Shown here: positions 51,201 through 64,000 of the stretch, in pieces
Layout of the letters: the number at the start of each line of letters is the position of its first letter
How positions within the stretch are numbered: the first letter of the stretch is position 1
Assembly: GCA_040954595.2 (NCBI GenBank)
Contig: CM082579.2
Coordinates: 11,211,625 to 11,275,624, forward strand
Reading direction: 5' to 3'
DNA: 64,000 bases
Source: Balanoglossus misakiensis
Lineage: Eukaryota; Animalia; Hemichordata
Program-made: the position numbers and the translations under genes
The notes under the pieces: generated by a model
Database searches by the model: none
Told to the model about the DNA's origin: nothing
What the model saw: only the letters and a program-made list of their open reading frames with translations

Positions 51201-51731
51201 TCTTCACAAAGGGTTTTAAAATGATTCGATTGTTGCTCTTTTCGTAGTTTTAGTATGCTCTAATTTGTTCTAAAATTTTGACGAAGATTTTCCTGGTTTG
51301 GTTGATGAAATCTTTCAAATAGTGAATATTAATTTAAAATTAACTGTGCTAAATGGAATGACTGGTTTTAACGTCCACCATTTTGTTTTTATCCGACTGC
51401 AGCTGCAGTACGAGAAAAGAAGGAAGTATCGGGTACACATACTGGTATTAAATTGACCAGTCATAAAAAATCGTCATGTAAGTACATTGTGTATATGCAC
51501 GGACTTTCTAATTTTTTTCTGGTACCAGAGTTTCGCTGCAGTGGCCGCAGTTCAGTTCAGTAGCTCTGGGTTTTGCCTTGCTGCAGTTTTGTATCGCCAT
51601 ACACAACTCCCCCTGACGATTTTTGTGTTGGACGGGGAGGCGATCTGGCGAGAAAATTGTGAACTGGAGTGTAGAAATTCGCTCCGACCGATTTCTTAGT
51701 CGCCGTTATTATGGACGTAAAGGGAGAGTAC

Positions 51732-51915
51732 TAGCTGCAATGATTGTAGCGGGTGCTGCTAGGTTGACTGGTGTGTTCGCAGCCTTGCGAACACACCAGT
51801 CAACCTAGCTGCAATAATTGTAGCGGGTGCTGCTAGGTGCATTACCAGTCAACCAAGCAGCACCGGCCGCTACAATCATTGCAGCTACAGTCAACCTAGC
51901 AGCACCCGCTACAAT
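51732..51915. repeat. Compound inverted/direct repeat of a roughly 40-bp unit (TAGCTGCAATGATTGTAGCGGGTGCTGCTAGGTTGACTG)
   Basis: Two forward and two reverse-complement units; the last is interrupted by the 51916 element. Confidence 0.7.
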
Positions 51916-51945
51916 CACAGGCGCTTAAGACGATAGCTTCGCGAT

Positions 51946-51982
<37 letters not shown>

Positions 51983-52089
51983 CTGCAGTTCGCGATTGGG
52001 TGGGGGTGGGGGGTGCTCAGTACCCCCCACCCAATCGTGAACTGCAGTCCCCCCCACCCATCGCGAAGCTATCGTCTTAAGCGCCTGTG
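51916..52089. mobile_element. Palindromic CA...TG element with 8-bp TSD GCTACAAT and a G37 tract
   Basis: CACAGGCGCTTAAGACGATAGCTTCGCGATGGG and its perfect reverse complement at the other end; TSD at 51908-51915 and 52090-52097. Confidence 0.8.
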
Positions 52090-52206
52090 GCTACAATCAT
52101 TGAAGGTAGGAGAGTACATGTTCATAACATCTATGGCATAAATGGGTACAATGTACTATGTTTGCTTTCCCCCCAGATATCGTCATGTAAATTAGAAGTG
52201 TGGACA

Positions 52207-52893
52207 ATGTCAAGTGCAACGGAATCACTAGGTGTGAGTTCACTGCCATTACCACCAGTGCAGTACATCAGTAGATACACTGAGGAAAATGTGCTCAATG
52301 GAACGTGTCCCAGTCCACCACCACCCGTTGAAGACGGCAGCTATTCCATGTTTGGACAAGTCTTCCACACGGACGATTTGATAATAAGACCGCTGGAGAG
52401 CCAGGGAATTAAGAGACTACATCCTCAAGTCTTTGACCACAAACGGGAACTCAAGAAACTGAACCACTCAATTTTAGTCAACTTCTTGGACTTGCTCGAC
52501 ATTCTCATAATGTCTCCCGGAACTGGAAAGAGAGAAGAGAAACTGGCCGATTTGAGTCTCTTGTTTATACACATGCATCATTTAATCAACGAATATCGTC
52601 CTCACCAAGCGAGGGAAACACTGCGAGTGCTGATGGAAGTACAGAAAAGACAGCGATTAGAAACTGCCGAGAGATTTCAGAAACATCTGGACAAGGTTGT
52701 GGAATTACTGCAGAATTGTATAACGGCTTTACCAGATGACATGGGGCAGTTGGATAGTAAAATTGCAGCCAAAGTCGAAGCAGAATCTGCAACAAAAGTG
52801 CCAGCTGAAAAGAAAGAGAAGAGTCTAGATGAACATGAGACATTCACAGACAAAGATAAACTCATGTGTAATTTGGTAGATTCAATCAACTAG
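52207..52893 (+). CDS. MED7: Mediator of RNA polymerase II transcription subunit 7, single coding exon, 228 aa
   Basis: [11 protein letters not shown]...PPPP...YSMFG...[15 protein letters not shown]...[24 protein letters not shown]...[33 protein letters not shown] is diagnostic for MED7. A strong acceptor (tttgctttccccccag, ending 52176) precedes the ATG, so the upstream part of the listed ORF is probably intronic. Confidence 0.96.
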   Translation: MSSATESLGVSSLPLPPVQYISRYTEENVLNGTCPSPPPPVEDGSYSMFGQVFHTDDLIIRPLESQGIKRLHPQVFDHKRELKKLNHSILVNFLDLLDILIMSPGTGKREEKLADLSLLFIHMHHLINEYRPHQARETLRVLMEVQKRQRLETAERFQKHLDKVVELLQNCITALPDDMGQLDSKIAAKVEAESATKVPAEKKEKSLDEHETFTDKDKLMCNLVDSIN

Positions 52894-53338
52894 TGTCCAA
52901 ATGTTTTCTGCAAAGTGACCACATTCAACTTTTTATTGCAGCAAAAGTATAATATTTGTATTTTTTGCCCCAAACCCCAAACTGGAGTCATATTCATTCA
53001 AAGTTGAGAATATTGCACTGCAGCCAGTGATTAATCACAAATACGTGCAAAACATATTAGCACTGGCATGAGATACAGTATTATACAGTCAAGATCAATG
53101 AATGTAGTTGTACATGCACTATACATGTAGCTTTCTGTTTGTGAATTTAAGCCATGTCATGATGCTGCCTGGTCCGCCACCATGAGAAAATGCAAAATAC
53201 AATGAAAATGTTGCATTTCCCTCTTTGAAACTGCATAAACAACAGGAATTTTCGACTGTACTGATATTCTTTTATTTTTTGGAATTTTGTCATAAATAAG
53301 TGTTATCTTGATATACTGTCGGGCAATATTTAATAGAC

Positions 53339-53344
53339 AATAAA
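53339..53344 (+). terminator. Candidate MED7 polyadenylation signal AATAAA
   Basis: AATAAA about 450 nt after the stop, followed by T-rich sequence. Confidence 0.45.
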
Positions 53345-53432
53345 AGTGTATCCGAGATTATCTAAAGTTTAATTTTTTTATTGAATTGCAGCTCATGGGG
53401 CTGTAAAGACCAATATGACAGTAAACAAAATA

Positions 53433-53565
53433 ATTATACACCTGCCGTAACATTTGGCACTGGAGTCGTACAATAACTCACCGTATTTGTACAGTACACA
53501 CAGACGTGCAGTCCCAATGCAAGGAGACGTGTTTGGTCTATTTGGCCTTTGACCTGCCAAATATA
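53433..53565 (-). repeat. Dispersed repeat, partner of 22200-22328
   Basis: Direct visual alignment. Confidence 0.7.
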
Positions 53566-55319
53566 AACAATTTCATGGACATGACAACACTTTTCCTGAA
53601 GGTCATTCATACCACACATTAACAAATACAATAAACAACAAACAGGTATAAATAAAACATTTTGACTAAACTGAAAACCCTTTTGCATACATGTAATTCA
53701 CTAGCGCAATTCACTGCACAGAAAGTGAGTTGTTGGTATGGTCCCAATTCTTACATTCACTGGTATGGGAGACGGGAGTTTCACTTCAAAGATGGTCCGT
53801 CTCAACCGCCAACAAAATCTACCCTAAAACATTTTAAATTGAACAAAAGTCATCCCCATGATTATGTATACATCTACCAACTTCGAGAACAGTGAGAGAT
53901 TCTTCTACAAAAAGCAGAATCTGTCCCAGAAATACACTTTCACACCAATTTGAACAAATTCCACCCTAGGAACCTACATACCAAATTTCAGAGCAAACGG
54001 CAAGCGGTTTTAATTATATTGACCCTAAAAACATAAAAATGCAAATTTCCCCCCAATTTCATTACATATCATTAAGGTCACGCCAAGCAATCGGACAAAC
54101 GCTTTCAGAGAAAGAGCTTCTTTAACCAAAACCGGCAAAAATTGCCCCAAAAGCACAAATATGCAAATTCCAACACCATTTGAACAAACTCCACATCAGG
54201 GGATTCTGCCTACCAATCACGGACTTGCAGTTTCAGTAGAGTTCATTTTTGACCAGAAATGAGAATTTTGAATTCATTTGGCCATGGTCAGTTTTGTAGA
54301 GCCTACACTGGTCAGATAGTATTGTCTAATTCCCTTCTACACTGTTTTATTATACTCCGTTAGTTCAGTTTAATTTCGTACACATCGCCATTTGGAAATT
54401 GTCACATTTTCATCATCATTCAAAAAGACTTGTTTGTTAATGACTAGCCTGGGGATGAATTATCAGAAACGTACACTGGTTGGAAGTAATGCAGAGTTGA
54501 GGAGATGTATGGAATGTTTGCATGTGCATGTCCAGAAAATGACAGATATTGATAGCATATCAGCCAATAATGAAAATGTGATGGATTTGTTTCTTGTATC
54601 TACACCATTTAGGCTCAAATTTCATGCCACGCTTTGTGATTCATCAATTAAGACTTAATGGTACTATTTGCGTCATTTTTATTAATGGAAAAAACCCAGC
54701 AAAACCAAAATGATCTTCTCTGATACCCAGTATTCCGAGTCTTGAGAAAGTGCAGCCAGTTTTGGTGCAATTATCCTAATTTTAATAATATGTTAAATGT
54801 CAAAAGATATGAAGTCGTATATGTAGCTTTGGCAATCATTGTTGATTTCTAGAGTGGAGTTCAAAAATCAAAAATTTATGTTACACAAAAATGTCTGTTG
54901 ACAACGTGAAACTATAGACTGTGTGATCATTCAAGCAAACACGCATATGATTACGTTTCTTCTTGACCTGATTTAGATTTGTTTATGATTTTCTGATGAA
55001 AAGGTCATTGCCTGGCAACTAGAAGTTTCCAGAAGTTACACGGATATCATCGCAAATTTAACAGAAGTCTTTATAGCAGAATGTTATGCCATTACAAGCA
55101 TGTTTCTATACTGCAGCAGTACCGAATACGTAGTACTTGTTTGTGACCAGGACAAGACAGAGTTGATTTACCCCATAATATCAAACATTTCCTCTCTCAA
55201 AGTTTATCTCTTAATTATTAAGCTCTTGGTTAACACCACCTATGTTATTTTCTATATTCTCCAGAATGCAACAAGTATGATTGACATCATATCGATATTG
55301 ATGGCTCGATCTTTACGTT

Positions 55320-55375
55320 TTCTGATTCTGTTCTGTTCCGTACTGTTCTGTTCTGTTCCGTACTGTTCTGTTCTG
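55320..55375 (+). repeat. Imperfect (TTCTG)n microsatellite
   Basis: Direct observation. Confidence 0.85.
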
Positions 55376-57087
55376 GGATCCGAGAACAGAACATCCAAGC
55401 CTGAATCAGTAAAGGTAAAGAGATCGAGTAAACCCTTCACCTGATTTAAAGGGGCCCCAAAGCCCAGCCATTTTTCACAGATTGGCCCGCAATGTGAGAG
55501 TTAACTATTACACTATACCGTTGGTGGCGTTCACAGGTGTCAGTGTTTTTCCAACCTTTCCCAGGTACATCCCGCAATGCAAAAGAGTGGCCATACTGCA
55601 TACTCTGCAAACAACGTTGTTAGACGGGTGTGGCAAGTCATAATATTCGTATTGAGCGCTGAATTTACCAGTCCAAATAGAAGAACAAAAGCTAAGTTTA
55701 CGTTGAATGTGTTCTCTGCAAAGTAAACATTGAGCATGCAGTGAGAATGCAACCGGGAAATTATATTCTGAAACCCTAAGCTAATGCATTGTCATCACTC
55801 GTAGTAGACGTAGGAGTTTATACCATCTTAAACATGGGTCTCCACACCTTTAAAAATTAAGCAGCCTGGGCCGTTACTGAAGAGACCAAGTCGACCCTGC
55901 GTGCTAGCAAGTATTTATAAGAAAACCGTAATGGAGTAAATATACTAAAGCCCTATATAATAGCAGTAACTCAACATTTTAGCTATACTATCAGTATTTT
56001 GTTTTGGCTATTGTCTTGTTCTATTCTGTAAACCATAAAGAATTGATTTTTTCCCAACACTGCCCTTTTGTAGCCTATTCAGCAATGTTGAAATTGAACA
56101 TTGAATTCAAGTCCGGACTTAAAATCATTTGTCAACAGCAACAGTGGCTGTTATATTAGGCTTTTATATGAGAAGTTAAAGACCGAACATTTCAAAAAGC
56201 TATCCAGAACAGAACAAGAACTTGAAGTTGACACATTGGAGAAATATACCGAAAAAATAGCCTAAAGTTAGAGTTACTGGGGCTTTAAAACAACCTACCA
56301 CCGGTATTGGACTTTTCGCAGTGCCTTTACTTCCAAAAACATCTTCCAGGGGCAGTGCTCTTCAATACTCTTTGGGTTCCCTCTATTAAGTCTTTTCTGG
56401 GCGCAGCGTGACTGGTATAACATTCATTTGCATATGGACAGGGCGCTTAAAATGAAAGTAATTGGCACTACGCCTTATTTCAATGTACCGTCATTTTCAA
56501 GTTCCGATCGCATGTCAGAGAACGCAGAGAGATGACTCGTCAGAAAACAAGATTTAACGAGAACGAGAACACATACCTTGGATTTGCCTCAAATAATTAA
56601 TTCCCCGCACTCTCCTGCAGGGCTCAAGGTAAGTATGTTAATGGGGGCGGCCATTGCAACTATTTATATGTTTGGTTGATTTTAATTGTGTTCAACTATC
56701 TATATGTTTTGCGTCAGAGTTTTATACTCGCCCTCGGAAAGCACGTCCACGAAGGATAATTTCCCTTCGAATGTAAGATCATATCAATAATGATACTGTA
56801 TACATCTGAGGCGTTGCCATGAAAATAACAAGGATTAATTGTGTGTATGATCCCACACTTTGACTATTGGGCTTTTTTAGTCTGACACCATTCGAAATAA
56901 GGTTAGTATGTCATTGAGCACGCCAAGAGATGTTTGACATTAAAATGGTATAAGATACGCTATAGGAGAGACTGGTAAATTTCAAGAACAAAAATTGACT
57001 GTCGTTCAAAACGGTTGCAAGAGAACCTATGTGGATGATGTTCACAGACAGTGAAAATAACACTAAAGCAACAACTTTTTGTAGTCC

Positions 57088-57172
57088 ACAACACAACACA
57101 ACACAACACAACACAACACAACACAACACAACACAACACAACACAACACAACATAGCATAGCACAACACACA
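57088..57172 (+). repeat. (CACAA)n microsatellite
   Basis: Direct observation; source of the spurious CCVVL ORFs. Confidence 0.95.
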
Positions 57173-59350
57173 ATTCATGTAAACCGGATATCTTCCATGG
57201 GACTGGCCGAAAAAACAACAACATCTTGCAAGGATGTATTTTGTCTTTAATTTTTGACACTAATTCCCCCCTGCCAATAAAACAATTACCGCAATTCAAG
57301 ATAATCATGCCCCCTTAGCCCAATTCCATTCATGATAATATCCCATTACCGTTCATTTGCACCTTCTTTTAACGATCACAAATTTGAACTTAACTCGATC
57401 CCATGCGGATTCCTATAGAAAATGAGCCACATTAGGCCGACGTCACGTATTCACACCGGTTATATTTTCAAGAACCCTTGTCCAATAGCTATTAACGACC
57501 GAATACAACGAGTTTAACCGGACAGTTTGCGATCGCAGACTATGCTGTTTAATTCCTTTAATACAGGCATATTGTCACATATGTAAACTTAACCTCAGTT
57601 AACATGGACAGTTGAGATCTAGCCAATCACAGAATTTCAGTGGCTGGCCACGCGAAAAAAAGACCACAACCACAATTCCACAAATTTGAACTGACATGTT
57701 TAATCTGTCAACAAACTAGGATGGTGTTCATTTTCATAGTCCCGTTAATATAATGTTCATGTATGCATACAATATTCCAAATATTTCACAATCGTAATCA
57801 CGTCAAACTTGTTTTGTTACATATTAATAAGTTTGGTCAAATCTTGGAGATCGCCGACACAGTTTATTGTTGAGATCTACCAAAATCACTAATAAATGCT
57901 AGCGCTAAACACATATACGATTGTATATAGTAAAAACAGCTTGACAATCACTATCTTCAGTCAATACAATATTTATTTGAAGGGAGAATATTAGAGAGAA
58001 TCTGTTTAAACATCTGGAACACTTAACATAACTGACGGATAACCCTGGCAACGTGATATTGACACAGTAGTTGTTCTGCGGTATTGAATCGGGATTGGCA
58101 ATCTTGTAGTCTCCAACACCCACCACCAGGTGACTCCAACGTCATTTTCTGTAAATTATGTCTCAAGCCAATTAAATGGGTCGATTGTCTCAACGTCATT
58201 TCGATACATTTTAACGACATTTCTTCTCTCCATCAGTATCGCTTTTGTATATTATCTGATTAGTCACGTCGACGTGTATGCCGTCACACCGCGTGCCGGG
58301 CGATCTGTCCTATGCGCGCGTCATGCGAGTGACCAATCCGATACTTACAGCTAGTCAAAATGAGCATCACCTGACCCAACCATTGCGTCAGTGAGTAGAA
58401 AGGCATGCAATGTGTAATGCCCGTTGGACAGCCCCGCTTCAGCATCCACGTCTAAATATATCACAGGGCGACAAACGAGAGAAACAAGCCGACGACGGGA
58501 CACCCAAACTGACAAATGCAATTTTGTGGTCTTGTTCCGTCGGTAATGAGGGACCAAAGTTCAATCACTGTTTCCGAGGAGAAACAGGTCGAGTTTCTCA
58601 AGTCTCTCGAAATTACCACCAGCAGCTGTTACTATACATTTATTCAGAGAGCTTCCTTTATTTGATCGAAATTTTTCCGTATCCATCATAACGAGACACA
58701 GGCTGACAACAAGGCGTGCTACAAGTGCTTAAAACCATACTTATGATAAGACTGGAAACTGCTAATAAATTGTCTGTCAGATAAATTGTTTCACCGTCAC
58801 ATTGTGGCCTAATTTGCCATGTTTGCTCAGCCGAACTACCTGGTTTGGAATAACTCGTTGGGTTAGACGAGGCGCATTATCATCCCCAACACACTTTAAA
58901 AAATAAAATGATTTCGGCACTGAAAGAAATAATATTGTACTGAGTATAGTAAACGCTTGTATATGTTTGCATTTGAAGCAGAAGTGGTCGCTTTGAAGTG
59001 TGACAGGGAGCGCAACTTGGGGTTGTGATATCGGAAATACATAGGCTTAAAGATTTTATATATGAAACGTTTTCAAGCCTTTTTCATAGTTGTATCGCAC
59101 CTATATTGGGGTGCTGTCTTACAAGATCGAACTGTGAGACTATTAGAAATCGAGCCATCCGTTATTTTTTTTATTGTTCACCAGCGGAATTTGGTCAGAT
59201 TTTAGAATCCTTTATTTTAGATATCCGAGGGTAGAATTACTAAACATTTTTAATTTTTAAACTTTAAAACAGACAGGAGATATTACAGAAATTATTTTAC
59301 AACATATTTTAAAAGCTGTAGACGTGTAATATTCAATGTAGAAGAACAAT

Positions 59351-59512
59351 GTAAAACCTGTCTAAACCAAACACCAAAGGGACTGAAGAAACTGTTCGGT
59401 TTGTAGAGGTGTCCAGTTTATAGAGGTTCTTTTAACATGTTGTTCTATGTCAAAGGGACAGGAAAATGTGTTCGGTGTAGACATGTTTCCAGATTAGACA
59501 GGGTTCAGGTTT
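59351..59512. mobile_element. Tigger/pogo-like MITE, inverted and slightly truncated copy
   Basis: Reverse complement of most of 17510-17668. Confidence 0.72.
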
Positions 59513-59824
59513 TAGAGTAACAAGCGGGAAATCAAAGTAAGGAAAAAGATCTGTTTAAAAGCGTCAGCTCATTATGCCATATTCAATTTATCGGGAGATT
59601 AGATTCTAATATTTAAAATGAAACTTTTGCGATTGTTAATTTTCAAGAAATTGGAAATTTGGAGTAACTTTTAATCATGTTAATTGGTTTTTTTGGAGTG
59701 ACAAGTGTGTGTATGGGGGTGGGGGGTGGTTGGGTGGTTATAATGAACGACATTTACCGTGTTCTTCTCGGGTGTAAAATTGGCAGTTAATGGAGGCAGA
59801 AACCAATGTATATATTATCATGCT

Positions 59825-59858
59825 ATATTTTATTTTATTTTATTTTATTTTTTATTTA
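59825..59858 (+). repeat. (TATTT)n microsatellite
   Basis: Direct observation. Confidence 0.85.
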
Positions 59859-61096
59859 TAGACATATGATTTGCCTTACCATGCCCCTTTGGGTGGGCTT
59901 GTGAATAACGTCATACTGTTGGAATTAATGTTAGCATCAAAAACTGTAAACGTGAGAATTTGTCGTGAAACACACATAAGCTTACTACTGAACGTGGAAT
60001 TACAAATTGTTTTCAAACGACAGTCCTGAAAGTGAATCGCAAAAGCGAGAGATACTTATTCAGTTTTGCATTCGCAAACACAGATGTCGTTATCTAAACT
60101 TTTAGCAACGTCGCGTGGCTTATGAGTGATGAAAATGACTTCTATGACATCGGACTGTTATCGTATCTGTGTGACAATATCATAATGACTAGCACGTTTC
60201 ACCACCTTTTGCGACTTGATTATGTTCATGTAGCCCTAAGTGTTAATGATCAGGGAGTTAGCACTTTATTGATAAAGTACTGTTAAAATCTCTCGGTGCT
60301 ATCATACCTGGTGGAGATTATTATCATTACCAAGACCCATGCAATATCATTGGTTAAAGTGCTGATCGACATACGGTTGTAAATGTAAAAGTTCATTAAA
60401 ATATTTGAAAACGATTCTTCAATTAAAGCTGCTGTCAAATGCCCAATCGTCATTTCTACATTTTTTCTTTCGCTGCAAGCGCTACATTTATATTCATTAT
60501 TTTATATCTTTGAAAAATTATATTATAGAAGTCATTATGTGTTTTGCATGTTTACGTGGAGGTACGAACCATCTCGCCTGACCAAAGTTTGTGTTTTTGT
60601 GCGATAGGCTGAGGCCCCGAATTAATATTGAAATAAACTATCGAACAATAAAGACAGGGGATTGAAAGTTAACTCTTTGGCATTGCTTATGAAGTTTGAT
60701 ATGTCAAATTTTCAATTTGTAAATGTGACTCTGCCTTTGGGACATGCGTAAAATACGATCTTACATCAGAGACGGATTTGTGAAACATGAACCTGCCCAA
60801 TTCCTGCATGTCGTCACTGCAATCTTCCTAATTGTCGTCATCTGCCGATCTCTATAATTGGTAATATCTGTGCTACATGTGTGCCCGAAAGACATTTGTG
60901 TTATTAATTCAGTGGTAAAACGTAAGGCATCAATCATTCACCTGCCTAAGAAGACGGGCAAATTAATCTAAGTTTTCTCTACAGGATATGGATGGAACAT
61001 ACAACTGTATGTTCACAAAATTAAAGTGACTTACCAATTGGAGTAAAAGGAAATGTAAGGGGCGTACCTTTGTTCTCTGTACACAGCCATTCCCAC

Positions 61097-61548
61097 CATT
61101 TGTTATATACCTTGACTATAAACTATAATTATGAACTCTGATACTATTGCCTGGCCATGAGGGCCATAGCAGCCGTTTATTACCCCCGAGGGGCTGTGAG
61201 TTACCAAAAATCACATGCGGCCGAGGGAAATAGCATATGATAATCTGGTAACTCACAGTCAAGAGGGGGTAAAAACGGCTGCTATGGCCCGAATATAGGC
61301 CAGGCCATAGGTGTTTTATAATAAACCTCATGCTATTTTCTCTTGAGGTTGGCAGACGACATCTTCAGCGGTGGCCATTGTGTCAGACGACGCGACGCTG
61401 ATTGACTGTGAACTCACGTTGGTCACGTGACCGGTTTATATTTTTTTCAGCTATTTCCCTCGGAATTCATAGTCGATTCTATTTTCCTATCACGTGACGG
61501 ATTCTGGCGAATCACGACACAGTATTAGCATGAGGTATATTATAACTA
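61097..61548. mobile_element. Compound inverted-repeat element without an obvious TSD (possibly Crypton-like non-autonomous)
   Basis: Inverted pairs GGCCATAGCAGCCGTTT/AAACGGCTGCTATGGCC and TTATAATAAACCTCATGCTA/TAGCATGAGGTATATTATAA; CpG-rich interior. Confidence 0.45.
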
Positions 61549-63199
61549 TCATTATAATAGAAATCACTCTGTTGGAATATACGCTGAGAAATCATGCAAC
61601 TTATATGAGTTATCAGAAATACGGTTGTATAACTTGAAACACATTAATAAGTAAATATATTGCGTCCAGTGAATATTGAAAATTCCTCGTGGTCATTCTA
61701 GCGCAATAAAGAGTGATTAGAAATTCGTGTAATATTACTACAAGTTCAAATATTGTTTATATTGTTAATCAGATTTAGTCTCTCTCTTCACACACAGTGC
61801 TTTATTGTCAATTGCGCCGAGGCTGTTATTTGGTCCGCTGAAATAGCCACGAAAATCAGCACGGTGGCTGTAAAGATGGAAGTTATGTATTGTCTAGATG
61901 TATTATTTCTTATGTGTATGCTGGCTAGTCTGAATAAAGTCGACGCTTTTTGTTATTTGTTACACAAAATGCCAGAGGCATAAATTAAATGGAACCACTC
62001 TCTAGCAACTTGGCATTTTATTATATACATGCACATGTCTCTTGTACTGTTCACCACTGCCTTGGGCCATCTTAGTAGCATTAATCTTGCATGACATAAT
62101 AATAACAAAGCTTATCTAATCCAATTTGATCGGCCCCATAACGTCGCATTATTAGTGACATTTCTAGGTAAAGTGACTCTGTCTCAGACAACGCTTTCAA
62201 TTTTTTCTTTGTATCACATTAAAATGCATATGTGCGTTACATATAGACGGTTGTACGTGCATATGCATGACGTCCGTAATAATTCGCTACAACCACTGTT
62301 TGACTATATAACTAGGTATTGTCACTAAACTCAAATTTAAGTATTTCAACGTCATGAATATTCACAAGACGTGTTTTCCATAATTGCCATTAATCCGCTT
62401 TTCTTGGGCGTTGATGTTATCATGTAACGTAGTGAGTGAATATATTGACCTTTACTAAACTTGTTATCTTCACGCTTCTGCACCAAGTTTGCTAGTTTGT
62501 TGGAAGACTAACGTTTTGTATGTAAAAAAAGTACTGTAGTTTCGCGAGGTACTATCCGTTGTCGTGATATTTGGTTTTCCTTCCTGATTGGCGGCTGCAT
62601 CTGTAATGTCCCTGTCTGTCACTGGTTTGCTTGAAACCTTGCTCAGTACTATTCCCTTAACCGCTAGTCTAATCAACGTGCGATTTAGATTCTGCCAAGG
62701 AAAGCCTCTGCAGTTTTGGTCAGCACGGTTTGTATTATGATTAAAATGCAAATGTGCGTTACACAACCACTGTTTATATAAGCAAAAATATTTGCTTTAG
62801 ACTACCTGAATGATATACCTAATCAACAACTCTAAACTTTCAACAGCCCCCGTGAATACGGCAAATTACAGTAGTCTCCAACAAACATTATTGTTCACCT
62901 TCTTTTACAGAGGTATGAAGGTGTTTGCCTCCCCCATTTAACTGTGGGTTGCTTAACGAAACTAGTGTGTATAAATTGATTTTTTTCCGGAACGGACCAA
63001 CAAAATCGGCGTCGCTAATACACGGATATCGTTCTATAAGGCAGTCTACAGTGGATACATTGCATACAATTGCTGTTTTTCAATTAAACAATGAAATATG
63101 TATTTTCTTACAATCAAGTTTCTTTGAGAATCGTTAATTCAGGTAAAAAGAGCAATGTTTCCAAGAACAGCGCCACCAAACGTAATGAAAAATAGAAAC

Positions 63200-63650
63200 A
63201 TGATTAACAGCAAACATGTCAACCAAATCCGATGGGACTTGGCAGCAATATGGCGGTACTGTGTGTAACATCCAGCGATCGCAACATTCAATCTTTCTTG
63301 ATATATTTCAACGACGTTTGTATTTAGCTGGACAAGTTTTATGACTCAGTGCATGAGAGATGTGCAAATATTTCAAAAATTATTACAATACAAAGAGTTT
63401 GGTTTCAATGACATGCAAATCATTAGCGGATTTACATTTAAATAATTATTTGGCAATTAAATCATATCACCAGAATTTCTTAGACCAAATGTGATGCCCT
63501 TTAAAAGTGTGTAATTATATCCACCTGGAGGCGTGGCAGAAAAACTGGCGTCATGACTGAAATAACTTACACAAACAAACAAACAGACAAACAGACAGAC
63601 AGACAGACTCAGTATGACAGTAGATCCGTTGTGTGAACATGAGACCTAAA
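63200..63650 (+). mobile_element. Probable non-autonomous element with a terminal (ACAA)n(ACAG)n microsatellite (Helentron/DINE-like layout)
   Basis: Tetranucleotide array at about 63571-63608 followed by a short 3' stem-like end; classification by layout only. Confidence 0.35.
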
Positions 63651-64000
63651 AGAACAATTACAGTGCAATTAACCAGCAACACTTACACGTCGTATCTGAC
63701 CTCATATAGCAAGTGAGTCAATTAAAAAGGACGGAAACGTTAATTGGCATTGTTTTTCGATCGTAAGCCAAACGCGAAAAACCATGGTCGGATTTCTTTT
63801 ACGGAGACTTGCCTTTTATAAAAGTGGGGGTTTCGTGTAATTTGAGAATTTTTCCTGTGCGTTTGTTACATTTCACAATCAGTATATATTGCTGGTTTTG
63901 CTAGTGGAATTTTAGGACTGTTTTTCTACTGTCGTGGTAAAGCAATAGACGTAAAAATGACCGTACAAATCAATTCCGCCATCTATATTTCAATCACCTG

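Noticed and set aside
51732-51915. CRISPR-like repeat-spacer array
   Set aside because: Units occur in both orientations with irregular spacing, in a spliced eukaryotic locus with no cas genes.
51944-52141. Poly-Gly ORF (MGGGG...)
   Set aside because: Translation of the G homopolymer inside a palindromic mobile element.
52087-52206. 40-aa N-terminal extension of the MED7 ORF
   Set aside because: It starts at a GTG at the end of the palindromic insertion and crosses a strong splice acceptor at 52176; MED7 similarity begins only after ATG 52207.
56911-57308. CCVVL / HNTTQ repeat ORFs resembling metallothionein or keratin-associated proteins
   Set aside because: Artefacts of the (CACAA)n microsatellite.

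Overview
AT-rich, intron-rich animal genomic DNA, most likely from a non-vertebrate marine bilaterian (a deuterostome-like origin is inference only). I reconstructed three complete protein-coding genes by hand from splice sites and phase continuity. (1) TMEM131: minus strand, 35 coding exons, 28092->267, about 1887 aa. (2) A Tec/Btk-family non-receptor tyrosine kinase (PH-BH-PRR-SH3-SH2-kinase): minus strand, 16 coding exons, 50568->36019, about 660 aa. (3) MED7: plus strand, single coding exon, 52207-52893, 228 aa. The kinase and MED7 are head-to-head across a short region with ETS/GABP and ZNF143/Staf-like sites, which recalls the human ITK-MED7 neighbourhood. Introns and intergenic DNA hold many non-autonomous DNA-transposon elements (TA-flanked, TTAA Kolobok-like, TTAA piggyBac-like, hAT-like with 8-bp TSD, one with a 9-bp TSD), a tRNA-derived SINE and microsatellites. 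Most short ORFs in the supplied track are spurious or are exon fragments. I found no clearly new biological system. The best leads are the apparent ancient Tec-MED7 linkage, a nested palindromic poly-G insertion upstream of MED7 and two decayed coding-like relics in introns.
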